A stretch of DNA of 64,000 bases. Source: an uncultured virus (IMG/VR IMGVR_UViG_3300017814_000143) (lineage: Duplodnaviria; Heunggongvirae; Uroviricota; Caudoviricetes). The first letter of the stretch is position 1. Each line of letters starts with the position of its first letter. This document shows, in pieces, positions 17,560-27,702 of the stretch. The position numbers and the translations under genes were made by a program. A model generated the notes under the pieces. The model ran no database searches. It saw only the letters and a program-made list of their open reading frames with translations, and was not told the origin of the DNA. The stretch lies in the IMG/VR virus record IMGVR_UViG_3300017814_000143. One strand, 5' to 3'.

Positions 17560-19452
17560 ATGAGCATACTTACGAAATCCGCGGTCGCAGCGGCCGTTCT
17601 CGACATCTTCGCAGCGCCCATCCTCGCGCGGCCCCTGGACGCGATGGTCGCAGGGCGGATGCCAATCCCGCTCCTTGACGGGCAGGCGTTCGATCACGCC
17701 ACGATTCCCCTGTGGTGGGCGTCCCTGTCGTTCATGGACCACCCGCTCGGCACGCTCGCGTCGTTCGCCGCGTGCCTGCTCGCGGCGCTGCTGTTCTTCG
17801 CGCAGCAGGACGCGAGCAGCCGGTCCGATGACGGCGGCGTGCTGGGGAGCGCCCTCGTCAAGACGGGCGGCGAGGCCGTGAGGGGCTCCGACACGTGGGA
17901 TGGGAAGAGCGAGCCAGGGACGCGAGGCTACGTCTACGGCTTCTCCCGTGGCCGATACCTCTACGAGGCGGGCACGCCCCACGTGTTCGTGTGCGGACAG
18001 ACGGGATCGGGGAAGACGCGCTTCCAGAACATCCCCACGCTCGACCTGCTCACCTTCGGCGACGGCGGCTGGAACGTCGTGGTGTCCGACGTGAAGGGCG
18101 AGCTCGTCGAGCTGTGCGGGGACGGCATCGAGGCCCGTGGCTACGCCGTCCTGCTCCTCGACGTGCAGCGGCCCGCGCGCGGGCACCGCTACAACCCCAT
18201 CAAGCTCGTGTGCGACTACGCTGACGGCGACGACATGCAGGGGGCCGAGCAGGCGGCGGAGGACGTGGCGGCGGCGCTCGTGCCCGAGGAGCGCGAGGGT
18301 CAGTCCACCCACTGGGTCACATCGGCCCGGGGCATCCTCGCGGCCACCATCCTCTACGTCGCCACCTCGGACGAGTGCCCGGTCGGGGCAAGGCACATGG
18401 CGACGGTGTGCCGCATCATCAACGAGGGTACCGAGGGAGGGGGCGCCGACCCCGCGGCCCCGCTCAAGGCGCTCTTCCGCTCCCTTCCCCCGGGGCACCC
18501 GGCACGGGGCTTCGCCTCGCAGCTCCTGAGCAGCGGAGGCAACGAGCTGCGCTCCATCCTCAGCACGCTCAAGGTTCACCTGCGCATCTTCTCGTCGGAG
18601 TCGGTCGCGTGGCTCACGTCGGCCTCCGACATAGACCCGAGGCGGGTACTCACCGAGAAGACGGCACTCTTCCTGCACGTCATGGACGAGGGGAGCCCCT
18701 ACAACTCCTTGTTCGCCGTGTTCTTCGACCAGCTGTACAAGGCCGTCCACCTCGTGGCGGACTCGAACGGCGGCAGGCTCCCCCGGAGGCTCGCGATACT
18801 AGGGGATGAGTGGGGCAACCTCCCCACCGTGAGGTGCCTCCCATCGCTCCTTTCGCTCGGGCGCGGATACGGCGTGTCGTGGTTCGGAAGCTGCCAGAAC
18901 ATCTCGCAGCTCAACAAGTACGGCGAGCGCGACGGGCGCAGGAAGGTGCTCGCCAACTGCGGCGTGAAGGTGGCACTCAAGCTCGGGGAGGCCGAGGACA
19001 GGCAGTACTTCACCGAGCTCGTGGGCAAGACCACGAGACACACCCAGGGCACGAGCAGCAGCAGGGGCACATCGTCCTCGAGTTCCCTGAGCTACAGCGA
19101 GCATGCCGATGACGTGATCCACGCATGGGAGTGGGTCGGGATGTCACCCGAGCGGGACGGGGCCATCGTGGTCAAGCAGGCCGAGAACGGCGTGCCCAGG
19201 CGCCACGCGGGCACCTTCCGGGCACCCCTCACCGACTGCACGAACACGCCCACCAAGGCCCACTTCGGTCTTGGCACACGCGAGCACGAGGCCGCAGCGC
19301 GCCTCGCCTACCAGCTTCGCCTCGACGCGCGGGCGGCTGGGCGAGAAATGTCGGTGGAGACCTGGTGTCCCGAGTGGCCCGAGGCCGGGCGCGACGAGGA
19401 CGGCATCGACGACGAGTGGAGCGCGTTCGACAGAGGGGAGGACCAGCCATGA
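17560..19452 (+). CDS. Type IV coupling protein VirD4/TraG
   Basis: N-terminal TM segments, GQTGSGKT, SDVKGEL, YNPI, GDEWGNL. Confidence 0.9.
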   Translation: MSILTKSAVAAAVLDIFAAPILARPLDAMVAGRMPIPLLDGQAFDHATIPLWWASLSFMDHPLGTLASFAACLLAALLFFAQQDASSRSDDGGVLGSALVKTGGEAVRGSDTWDGKSEPGTRGYVYGFSRGRYLYEAGTPHVFVCGQTGSGKTRFQNIPTLDLLTFGDGGWNVVVSDVKGELVELCGDGIEARGYAVLLLDVQRPARGHRYNPIKLVCDYADGDDMQGAEQAAEDVAAALVPEEREGQSTHWVTSARGILAATILYVATSDECPVGARHMATVCRIINEGTEGGGADPAAPLKALFRSLPPGHPARGFASQLLSSGGNELRSILSTLKVHLRIFSSESVAWLTSASDIDPRRVLTEKTALFLHVMDEGSPYNSLFAVFFDQLYKAVHLVADSNGGRLPRRLAILGDEWGNLPTVRCLPSLLSLGRGYGVSWFGSCQNISQLNKYGERDGRRKVLANCGVKVALKLGEAEDRQYFTELVGKTTRHTQGTSSSRGTSSSSSLSYSEHADDVIHAWEWVGMSPERDGAIVVKQAENGVPRRHAGTFRAPLTDCTNTPTKAHFGLGTREHEAAARLAYQLRLDARAAGREMSVETWCPEWPEAGRDEDGIDDEWSAFDRGEDQP

Positions 19453-20411
19453 CGGCCATAAAGCAAGTGAGCATAACAAGCCCACGCCATCTGAGGAGGC
19501 TCGAATCCTACCTCGACTGGGACAGGGGCAAGGCGCTCGACCACGACACGCAGAACCTGCTCGCCAAGGACTGCAAGGGCATCTTCCGCGAGATGGACGA
19601 CACGCGGGAGGCCTACGGCCACAACCGCCCGGGCAAGGCCGGGGCGAAATGCACCTACATGCAGCACCAGATACTCGCCTTCGATCCGGACGAGTGCTCG
19701 TGCAACGGAGGGAAGATGACGCCCGAGCTGTGTATGCGCTACGCAAGGGAGTACGTAACCACGCGCTACCCCGACTCCGAGGTGCTGATAGTGCTGCACA
19801 GGGAGTACTGCAAGGCCGACGGCACCGACAGGTATGCCGCGCACATCGGCCTGAACCGCTCCCTGCTCGACGGCAGCGGGCGTCGGCTCGACGAGGGCCC
19901 GGCGCGCAAGGCCGCGCAGGCCCGCGTGAAGACCGCCCGGGAGCTTGACGAGCGATACGGGCTCAGGCAGCTTGGACGCGGCAAGAACTCCAGGACCCAC
20001 GCCCGGCAGCCCTCCAAGGCCGAGCGGGAGTGGCAGAGGCGCGACAGGTCGCATCGCTCGGAGAACGACCGCGTCCGCGAGCTCGTCGCGATGCGGGCGT
20101 GCGAGACGGCGGCACTCCCCGAGTGCCCGAACCGCCCGCGCGAGCTCGCCCGCCGCCTCAGGGAGGACGGCATCACCATGACGCGCTCGAAGGCGGGCGA
20201 CCTGCAGTACCGCTTCGAGTCGGAGAGCCTCAGGCACTCCGGCGGGGGCGACGTGCGCAGGGTCAACGGTGCGACCCTCGGGCGGGCCGTCAGCCGCGCG
20301 GGGCGCGTGGTGGGCCTCGACCTCTCGGGCATGAGCCTCGCGCTCGCGCTGACGAGGCAGCTCGCCCGCATTGCCGAGCGGGCCGTGGACGATGACGGTC
20401 GCGGGCTGTAG
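19449..20411 (+). CDS. Relaxase/mobilisation nuclease (MOBP-like)
   Basis: N-terminal Tyr (ESYLD), HQILAF.PDE, LH..(x)..AHIGLN; coupled to virD4. Confidence 0.75.
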   Translation: MTAIKQVSITSPRHLRRLESYLDWDRGKALDHDTQNLLAKDCKGIFREMDDTREAYGHNRPGKAGAKCTYMQHQILAFDPDECSCNGGKMTPELCMRYAREYVTTRYPDSEVLIVLHREYCKADGTDRYAAHIGLNRSLLDGSGRRLDEGPARKAAQARVKTARELDERYGLRQLGRGKNSRTHARQPSKAEREWQRRDRSHRSENDRVRELVAMRACETAALPECPNRPRELARRLREDGITMTRSKAGDLQYRFESESLRHSGGGDVRRVNGATLGRAVSRAGRVVGLDLSGMSLALALTRQLARIAERAVDDDGRGL

Positions 20412-20527
20412 CGTCGCGCGTCGAGGCCGGTTCTTAGGGCCAATCCGCAACAGGCGGATTGGCCCCTCGCCTTCCGGGCGGGAGCGAGCCAGTCTCGCGG
20501 CGCGCCCTCCCCCGAGCGTGAGCGAGG

Positions 20528-20591
20528 GCAAGATGATTCGTACGGGCAAACCGGAGGGACGACGGTTTGTCCGTACGAATCCATATCTTGC
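20528..20591 (+). promoter_or_regulatory. Candidate oriT
   Basis: 19-bp inverted repeat (1 mismatch) followed by CATATCTTGC, resembling MOBP nic consensus YATCCTG|Y. Confidence 0.5.
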
Positions 20592-20989
20592 AAGCACGCA
20601 GCCGTGATGTGGGCTTGTGAGCCGGGGTCGGCCCTGATGCGACCCCATGGGAGCAACGGGGACCCTCCCGGCGAGAGCCCGGGTCGGGCGAGAGGTGCCG
20701 GTGGCACGTCTCGCGTGGCTCTGGCGGGGCAAGGGGCAACTACGCGAGGCTTTGCTGCGTACCGCAGCGAGAGCGTGGTGTTGTTTACGATGACGTGGGC
20801 GTGGGGGACGTGGCCCTCGTTGCCGTCGTGGTAGACGATGACGACCGGTATTGACAGACGTCAGGCCGTACGCTCCCAGGACATAGGTGCACAGGGCGAC
20901 AGGACGGAATGACAGGCCCTTCTCCGGGAGGGCGGATGATTCATGCCACGGTGAGACCGAGACGGGGGAAGCTCCTACTTGACAGAACC

Positions 20990-21125
20990 ATAGGAACACC
21001 CCCCCGGCAATGAAATCGGTAGGTTCGAGCATCTCAGCATGACAAGGGCTATGAGGTTGTCGATGTTCCTGAACCCGTAGCCCATCCTCACGATGAGCTT
21101 GATTTTGTTGTTGATAGCTTCCGCC
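20990..21125 (-). pseudogene. ISL3-family transposase C-terminal remnant (boundaries approximate)
   Basis: Minus-strand frame reads EAINNKIKLIVRMGYGFRNIDNLIALVMLRC. Confidence 0.75.
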
Positions 21126-21238
21126 CATGTATTCAAGATGCCAAACGTCACAGCACAGACACTACCAAAATCATCAAGAATTATCGATGAGTCATACGAC
21201 CTCAGTAGGTATGCCCAAATCGATTCTTGGCCACTGCG

Positions 21239-23248
21239 CTACATCACTGGATAACGCCCATGGCATCGTTTGTACTTCTTTCCGCTTCCGCAAGGACAGA
21301 GATCGTTACGTCCAAGCTTGCCATGATCATCGATGTAGCGCTTAACCTTTTTGCTGCCGATAAAAAACCTGAGATCGCTCCTTGCGGGACGATTAGGCCC
21401 TAGCTTCCCATAGAACTCGTCAAAATCATCGCGGAAACCGATAAAGTTAAGGACCGCATTCTCGGGCAAGCTGTCAGCATACGCTGCATAATCCCCAAAC
21501 TCAGCATACATACCGAGGTGATCGACTTCGTCATCTAGAGCAAGACGCTCATCCCTCGAAGCTTTGCAGCGCATACGAAGGTATTCAATGAAAGAATCGG
21601 GATTGTCAAAGTAATCCCGATAAACCATAAGGTCATCTAACGCAATGCTTATTGCTCCACATCGCAATTGGAGAAAGCTGAGTCGCTCAGCACGCGAAGC
21701 GAATTCGTTAATGTTATCCGCAGTTACGGAAAGGGCAAAGATGTGGTCGATAGACCCCATGTCCAATTCCCAAACTTGTTCGCCCACGCTGTTAAGAAGA
21801 GGTGCGAGTTCATCTTTTGAACCCTTGTAAGATAGGAGATACCGCATTGTTCGATCGCATTGATGATCAGCCTTCTCGAGCAGGCTCTTATACGAACTAA
21901 TGTGCGCTTTGTAATCGATAAATGGCGGAGTGTAAACGAATGACCCAGCCTTGACCTCAACAACAAATACGGCGTTATCGCACACCAGCAGCAAGTCGCT
22001 TTCTGATAAGGAGCCTTTCCCTGAGTCTATTGGCCGGTAATATACATTCCTGAAGGCTTTACAACTAGGCATTATTTCGAGAAAAATATCCTTCGTCGCA
22101 AGTTCGCTTGCAGTCTGCTGCGACTTGTTCCAGGCGTTCTTCAACGTGTCATCGTCGTTACAAAGCGACCAGTATACAGATCTATAGAAGTTGTCCATCA
22201 AGGTGTAGTAGTCAAAGCAATACGACTTCCCACCAACCCGAATGAACGGCCTCCTCATCACAGGAAGATACGTGATCGGCCAATACTCATACCCTTGAGA
22301 AGGACTAGGCCAAGGACATTCGCCTATTTCATAGGAAAGCTCCCGTACAAAATCGTCGGGCCAAGAAGTTATTCTGGCTACATCAAAGTACTCCAACGAG
22401 AAAAGCTCATCTACAGACCGTTGGGCCGCGTTGATGTCTTCTTGAGAAGGACAAGGTACGCCACCCTCCGACATCACTTCCTCTTGCCTGCTCACAACTT
22501 TCGCAAGGCTATTCCACGCTTCAATCTTGCCATTCGACAAAGCGTGTTCCAGATTGCCCAATCCATTCAAAACTTCGTCCGCTGATAGCCCAAACTTCTC
22601 TTCGAATTCGGACGAGTGGTGGCAAAGAAGCCGTTCATGGTATTCAAGCTGGTGGGACTGGTACCTTTTCCCTCGTACCATATACATGAACTGTGCCTCT
22701 ACAACGAACTTAGTAAGATCAGCATCCCTCAGTTCACTATCGAGCACGGCGTGGAGGGAAAATAGAAAATTACGAATATCCACTTCAGATTTCTCTATTT
22801 CAGCAAGGACCCTCGACGCTTTCCCCAAGAATGCATTGTCATGACCATCAATAAGGCCATTCGGGGAAGCAATTACACCATTCTTTGCCACGAGTAGACT
22901 TTGGATGTATTCGGTTGCACGCGGGGGATGTTCTTCCACGACCTGCTTTGCCTCCGCATCTGCCTCGGCCTCTCCAGTGCGCATGAAACTCATGAGTTGT
23001 GTGTCTGAAGAGAACATGAGCAGGCTAGCGGGGTCAAGTTCTCCAACCAGATTTCGGATCAGCTCGACCCTGTCTTCGACATCCTTCTTTCTCTCGGGAA
23101 AATCGTCCGCAAACGCGCGTTTAAGCCCTTTCTTTTCCTGCTTGTCTAAGAGGGATTTCATGATTACGTGTTTGCCTGACTGCTTGAGTTCAATCAAGCC
23201 GTTGGAGTAATACTGATCTACTTGACTGTCTCCGAGACTAACGCTCAT
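21239..23248 (-). CDS. PD-(D/E)xK/NERD-like nuclease-domain protein with C-terminal SEC-C motif
   Basis: ESDLLL..VVEVKAG; GRNDLCPCGSGKKYKRCHG; lower GC. Confidence 0.7.
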   Translation of the reverse strand: MSVSLGDSQVDQYYSNGLIELKQSGKHVIMKSLLDKQEKKGLKRAFADDFPERKKDVEDRVELIRNLVGELDPASLLMFSSDTQLMSFMRTGEAEADAEAKQVVEEHPPRATEYIQSLLVAKNGVIASPNGLIDGHDNAFLGKASRVLAEIEKSEVDIRNFLFSLHAVLDSELRDADLTKFVVEAQFMYMVRGKRYQSHQLEYHERLLCHHSSEFEEKFGLSADEVLNGLGNLEHALSNGKIEAWNSLAKVVSRQEEVMSEGGVPCPSQEDINAAQRSVDELFSLEYFDVARITSWPDDFVRELSYEIGECPWPSPSQGYEYWPITYLPVMRRPFIRVGGKSYCFDYYTLMDNFYRSVYWSLCNDDDTLKNAWNKSQQTASELATKDIFLEIMPSCKAFRNVYYRPIDSGKGSLSESDLLLVCDNAVFVVEVKAGSFVYTPPFIDYKAHISSYKSLLEKADHQCDRTMRYLLSYKGSKDELAPLLNSVGEQVWELDMGSIDHIFALSVTADNINEFASRAERLSFLQLRCGAISIALDDLMVYRDYFDNPDSFIEYLRMRCKASRDERLALDDEVDHLGMYAEFGDYAAYADSLPENAVLNFIGFRDDFDEFYGKLGPNRPARSDLRFFIGSKKVKRYIDDHGKLGRNDLCPCGSGKKYKRCHGRYPVM

Positions 23249-23287
23249 TCCTGGTACCGCTCTCCTTTGGACAGTAATAGCCGGCTT

Positions 23288-26200
23288 CTAAATCCCCAAG
23301 CTATGCTTCACATACGTCTCCGCATCGAAGCTGTCATCGAGGACGAACTTGCGGAGCATGTCGTTGGTACTGAGATTTGCCTGGAAGGCGCTGATCTCCC
23401 TACCGGCATGACTGCTGAAGAAAGCTCTCGCCCGTTCCTTGTCCACCGTCTTGAGCAGGCGATTGAACTGCCCGTACTCGTCGAGGGTTGCCCCGGTCAC
23501 GCCTTTGGCAATGAGGTTAACTAGGAGACCCTTGTCGACGCCCGTGGCGTCGACGATGCTGTCAACGCGCTCGCTGCTCGCGTGTGCCATGTACTTCGTG
23601 ATGTAGTCGCGGAACGTCTTGCTCGGATCCACAGTCACGACGCCGCGTTCCACGTCGTGGAGGAACAGCTCGGCATATTCCTGCTCCTCCGCCGTGAGGA
23701 ACTTGTAGCTCGTGTGCAGGTCGACCAATGCCTCGTCTATGGCCTTCTTGTCCTCGTCGCTCATCTGTTTCAGACCAAGCCACTTCTTGAAGCGCGACTG
23801 CATGTAGTCCGCATCGATGCGGTCCGTATTGATCTGGGTGAGATAGGGGTCGATGTCGTAGGGGACATCCTCGTTATTCCCCTCGCCATTGCCGTGCGTG
23901 CCGAAGAGCTCCTTGTAGCGCAGGACCAGCACCAGATAGGTCTGCTCGTCCAGCGTGCTGGACATCATGCCTTCGCCGCCAGGATATTCGGCTACGTCCC
24001 AGGCGAATCCCTGTATCTTGGCGGCGGCAAAGACCTCGTTGTAGTCGTGGAAGAGCTTCGCGAACTTTGCCTTTGCCTCGTCACCGTCAGGTAGGTGCGT
24101 GAAGTCGGGCTCGCCACCGCGGGAGAAGACGATGCGAATCTGCTCGTAGATGGCGTTCATGGCCTTGATGTTGTCGGGTAGCTTGTCCACGAACAGGCCT
24201 CGTGGCCTGTCTCCGGAGAAGAGCCTGAACGCATTGTCGATGTTCTTCTCCATCGTATGGCACTTGCGATAGTACCGGATGTTACCGAAGGGCTTCTGCG
24301 GACCGAACAGTCGGTTGGTCCTAGAGAAGGACTGGATGATCGCCTCGTTCTTCTTGACCCTGTCGAAGTAGAGCGTGTTCACCCACTTGGAGTCGAAGCC
24401 GGTGAGCATCTGGTCCACCACTATGAGCAGGTCTATCTCCTGGTCTGGCGTCTTATGCACCTGGGCGTACTGGTCTTTGTGGGCAAGCCTCAGCGCGACG
24501 TCACGCTTGAAGGCTTGGTAGGTGGACAGCGTGAAGTTCTGGTTATAGCGGGCGTCGTAGTCCTTAAGCACCTCGACCAGGCCGTCCTCCTTGAAGATGT
24601 CCCCGCCACCGTTGTCGAGGTTCGGGTCCACCTGTACGGTCACCTTGAGGCCGCATCCGCGAGACTTGAAAATGCGGTAGTACTCGATGGCCTCGCTGAT
24701 GTGGTTCGCGCTCAGCATGCCATGGAACAAACCACCTGGATGCGATATCGGCCAATTCTCGAGGATGTCATCGACCACGGTCTCCCTATGCTCGGGACGC
24801 TCGTACTGGCTTGGGGGCACGTAGTGCTCGATACCATACTCGACGGTGCCGTCGGATAGATCCTTGTCGGCCATGTCCAGGTCATACATGAAGTGGTTGT
24901 ATCTCTTGAGCACCGAAGGGTCTGCCTGTATCTCCGTGATTTCGGTCGAATGCACCTGATCGAACGCGACCGCCCGTCTCAGATCGTCGTCCTTGTAGGT
25001 CAGGCACATCACAGGATCGAAGCCGAGCACGTTCTTGTCGCGGATGCCGTCGGCGATCGTGTAGTGGTGCAACTCGTTGCCGAACACGTCCGAGGTTGTG
25101 CAGTCCTGCCTGTTGTTCTCGTCGAAGATGGGCGTCCCCGTGAAGCCGAAGAACATCGCCGTGGGGAAGGTGTGCTTGATGTTGTACATCATCTTGCCGA
25201 AGGTGCTCCTGTGACACTCGTCGACGATGAAGACGACGCGCTTCTTCCGGATGGCGGCGATGTCCGCGGCGTTCTCGGCGGCCTCCTGGACAAGACCCAT
25301 CTTCTCGATGGTCGTCACGATGAGCCTGTCGTTCGCCACGTCGCTCCTGAGCTTCGACACGAGGACGGCGGAGTCCTGGGTCTGCTGCACGGCAGAGTCC
25401 CTCTGCTCGTCGGTGAGGTCCGAGCCGGCGAAGTTCCGGTAGGCCCTGAGGGACTGGGTGTCGAGCTCCCTACGGTCAACCAGGAAGACGACCTTGTCGG
25501 CATGGTTGGACTCGGCCACGAGCTGTGCGCTCTTGAAGCTGGTCATGGTCTTGCCCGAGCCCGTGGTGTGCCAGACGTAGCCGCCCCTGCTGTCGTTCAC
25601 GGTCCAGTTGGATTTGGCCACGGCATCCGAGATGCTCTCGGCCGCATAGAGCTGGTAGGATCGCATCACCTTGAGGGTGTCGTCCGATGCGTCGGGCACC
25701 GTGTAGAAGCCGATGAGCTGATGGGCCCGTGGGATGTTGAGAAGCGATTTGGTGAACCGCTTCCAGTCGTTGATGGGCTCGTTGTCACGGTCCGCCCAAT
25801 GAAAGAAGTAGTCGGAGCCGGGGTCGAGCCCCTCCTCCGAACCAGGGTTGGCGTAGTAGACGGCCTCGTTGGGCTCCATGGCCACGAAGACCTGCACGAG
25901 GGAGAAGATTCCCGTGAACGCGGCATCGTGATAGTATCTCTGAATCTGGTACTCGGCTCGGCTCACTGATACGCCGGAATTCTTGAGCTCGATGTGGATG
26001 ACCGGCATGCCGTTGATAAGCAGCTCCAGGTCGCCTCGCATGTCGCAGCGCCACTTATCCCTCGCCTTGCACTGCGGCTGCTGCGCGATCTGATAGGTTG
26101 ATTCCCCGCCGGCAATCTCCTTGCGATCGTAGATCTTCAGCGAGACCGTACCGCCAAAGTGCAGCTTGTCATCCTCGTTGTCCCGCTTGATGGCGACACT

Positions 26201-26464
26201 ACGCCCGTTTATCCAGCCGTTCAACAGGTAGGGCGAACGGAGCTCGGCGATCTGTTCGAGAATCTGGCCCATCTCACCGTCCGTGAGGCGGCATCCGTTC
26301 AGACGGTCAACGCCATCGTTGTTCTTAAAGAGGATGGACTTCCAGTTGTCGAGCAGGTCCTCCTCGCTGGGATACTCCAGAACGCCGTCGGTCCAGCCCC
26401 TATCCTTGAGGAGATTGATGACGTCCTTTTCGAATGCCGCCTCGGATGTGTAGGAATAGGCCAT
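23288..26464 (-). CDS. hsdR: Type I restriction subunit R
   Basis: DLELLINGMPVIHIELK, HTTGSGKT, DECHRS, FTGTP, QSFSRTNR. Confidence 0.95.
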   Translation of the reverse strand: MAYSYTSEAAFEKDVINLLKDRGWTDGVLEYPSEEDLLDNWKSILFKNNDGVDRLNGCRLTDGEMGQILEQIAELRSPYLLNGWINGRSVAIKRDNEDDKLHFGGTVSLKIYDRKEIAGGESTYQIAQQPQCKARDKWRCDMRGDLELLINGMPVIHIELKNSGVSVSRAEYQIQRYYHDAAFTGIFSLVQVFVAMEPNEAVYYANPGSEEGLDPGSDYFFHWADRDNEPINDWKRFTKSLLNIPRAHQLIGFYTVPDASDDTLKVMRSYQLYAAESISDAVAKSNWTVNDSRGGYVWHTTGSGKTMTSFKSAQLVAESNHADKVVFLVDRRELDTQSLRAYRNFAGSDLTDEQRDSAVQQTQDSAVLVSKLRSDVANDRLIVTTIEKMGLVQEAAENAADIAAIRKKRVVFIVDECHRSTFGKMMYNIKHTFPTAMFFGFTGTPIFDENNRQDCTTSDVFGNELHHYTIADGIRDKNVLGFDPVMCLTYKDDDLRRAVAFDQVHSTEITEIQADPSVLKRYNHFMYDLDMADKDLSDGTVEYGIEHYVPPSQYERPEHRETVVDDILENWPISHPGGLFHGMLSANHISEAIEYYRIFKSRGCGLKVTVQVDPNLDNGGGDIFKEDGLVEVLKDYDARYNQNFTLSTYQAFKRDVALRLAHKDQYAQVHKTPDQEIDLLIVVDQMLTGFDSKWVNTLYFDRVKKNEAIIQSFSRTNRLFGPQKPFGNIRYYRKCHTMEKNIDNAFRLFSGDRPRGLFVDKLPDNIKAMNAIYEQIRIVFSRGGEPDFTHLPDGDEAKAKFAKLFHDYNEVFAAAKIQGFAWDVAEYPGGEGMMSSTLDEQTYLVLVLRYKELFGTHGNGEGNNEDVPYDIDPYLTQINTDRIDADYMQSRFKKWLGLKQMSDEDKKAIDEALVDLHTSYKFLTAEEQEYAELFLHDVERGVVTVDPSKTFRDYITKYMAHASSERVDSIVDATGVDKGLLVNLIAKGVTGATLDEYGQFNRLLKTVDKERARAFFSSHAGREISAFQANLSTNDMLRKFVLDDSFDAETYVKHSLGI

Positions 26465-26478
26465 CGCTCATGCGCTCC

Positions 26479-27702
26479 TTAGACGAAGCATCGATTGAGA
26501 AGGGAGGACTTGATGTGCTTGAGCAGTTTGAGCTTACGCTGATGAAGGGTGATGAGGTTGTCGAGCTGCTGGAAGAGCTCGCCGATAGCCTTCTGTTCGC
26601 TAGGTGTAGGAAGCATGAACGTCATTGACTTCATTTTTGCAAAATCAATGCTCTCAACAGTCGTACCGGTCTTGCCGTACTCAAGAAGAAGTTCTTTCGA
26701 GCGAGCCTTGAGATGCTGCATGAGCCAAAGCGATGAGCAATCTTTGTTAGTACTTATTGTCCGAATATCCTGATTAACGGTCGAGGGTTTCCGCAGCATA
26801 GAGACGGGAAGCGTATGCCGCAGGATGCCGCTTCTTGTAACCATCAACAGCGTTCCCGCTGGATACAGCTTCAGCTCGGAAGCGCCCTTCTCGGATAGTT
26901 TGGTAGTCGTATCTGAAAGGTAATCCACCTTTACGTCTTGCGAAGTTACCCACAGGATTTCGCCGTCGGCGTAATTTGACTCATCGGCCATTGAAGGCGT
27001 GTGTCCACCGCCGAAAGTAGCAAGTTCATCCAACTTACGCTGTTCCCAAGGGTCAGCGAAACCCGCAAAACGTATCTCAGGGATATCTGCCCCTTCTTTC
27101 GGAAACATCTTATCCAGCATTGACTTCTTGAGGGTGGTCAGTTTGTCATGCTTACTCTGATGAAGGGTGATGAGGTTGTCGAGCTGTGCAAAGAAGCTTC
27201 CAATCGCATCCTGTTCGGCGCGATTGGGCAGCATCAAATCCATCTCTGCAAGCTGCCTGCCGGAAATCTCAAGGAAGGTCGATCCTGACGCTTTCGATTC
27301 TGCGTAGGCTTTGATTCGGTCGCTCATCGAATAGATGAAGTAGACGTTGACTTCGTCTCTGAGTGCGAGCGATTGAAAGCCCTGGTTAGTGCATGCTGAC
27401 CTGCGAAGAATTGCCGTTGTGCCTATGCCGGCACGACTTGTGAACAGAATGGTTTTGTCGGCCGGCAGCATCTTTGCTGAGCTGTTTTCATAGCCCTCTC
27501 TTGTAATTCGACGCTGGCTTGCATCGGCGTATATTTGCTCTCCAAGTTCCGCTGGGGAGTACCAGTCGATGTCGCCATCCCAGTAATTTGGGTTGTTGGT
27601 ATCTGGTGTTCCTCCACCAATGATTTCAGCTACCTCGCCCAACTTACGCTGTTCCCAAGGATCAGCGAAGCCCTTGAAACGAATCTCAGGCGCGGACATC
27701 AC
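26479..27702 (-). CDS. hsdS: Type I specificity subunit S
   Basis: Two TRDs with repeated PEIRF.GFADPWEQRKL and LDNLITLHQ. Confidence 0.95.
   Translation of the reverse strand: MMSAPEIRFKGFADPWEQRKLGEVAEIIGGGTPDTNNPNYWDGDIDWYSPAELGEQIYADASQRRITREGYENSSAKMLPADKTILFTSRAGIGTTAILRRSACTNQGFQSLALRDEVNVYFIYSMSDRIKAYAESKASGSTFLEISGRQLAEMDLMLPNRAEQDAIGSFFAQLDNLITLHQSKHDKLTTLKKSMLDKMFPKEGADIPEIRFAGFADPWEQRKLDELATFGGGHTPSMADESNYADGEILWVTSQDVKVDYLSDTTTKLSEKGASELKLYPAGTLLMVTRSGILRHTLPVSMLRKPSTVNQDIRTISTNKDCSSLWLMQHLKARSKELLLEYGKTGTTVESIDFAKMKSMTFMLPTPSEQKAIGELFQQLDNLITLHQRKLKLLKHIKSSLLNRCFV

Larger units (their letters stand above)
12285..20600. mobile_element. Core of an integrative mobilisable element (cargo may extend to ~36.9 kb)
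   Basis: att, integrase, xis, VapE, MobC, VirD4, relaxase; no mating-pair genes. Confidence 0.75.

Noticed and set aside
19308..21128. 606-aa minus-strand ORF and similar long antisense ORFs (17545-18750, 46665-48089, 61701-63521)
   Set aside because: Shadow frames of high-GC genes with no motifs.
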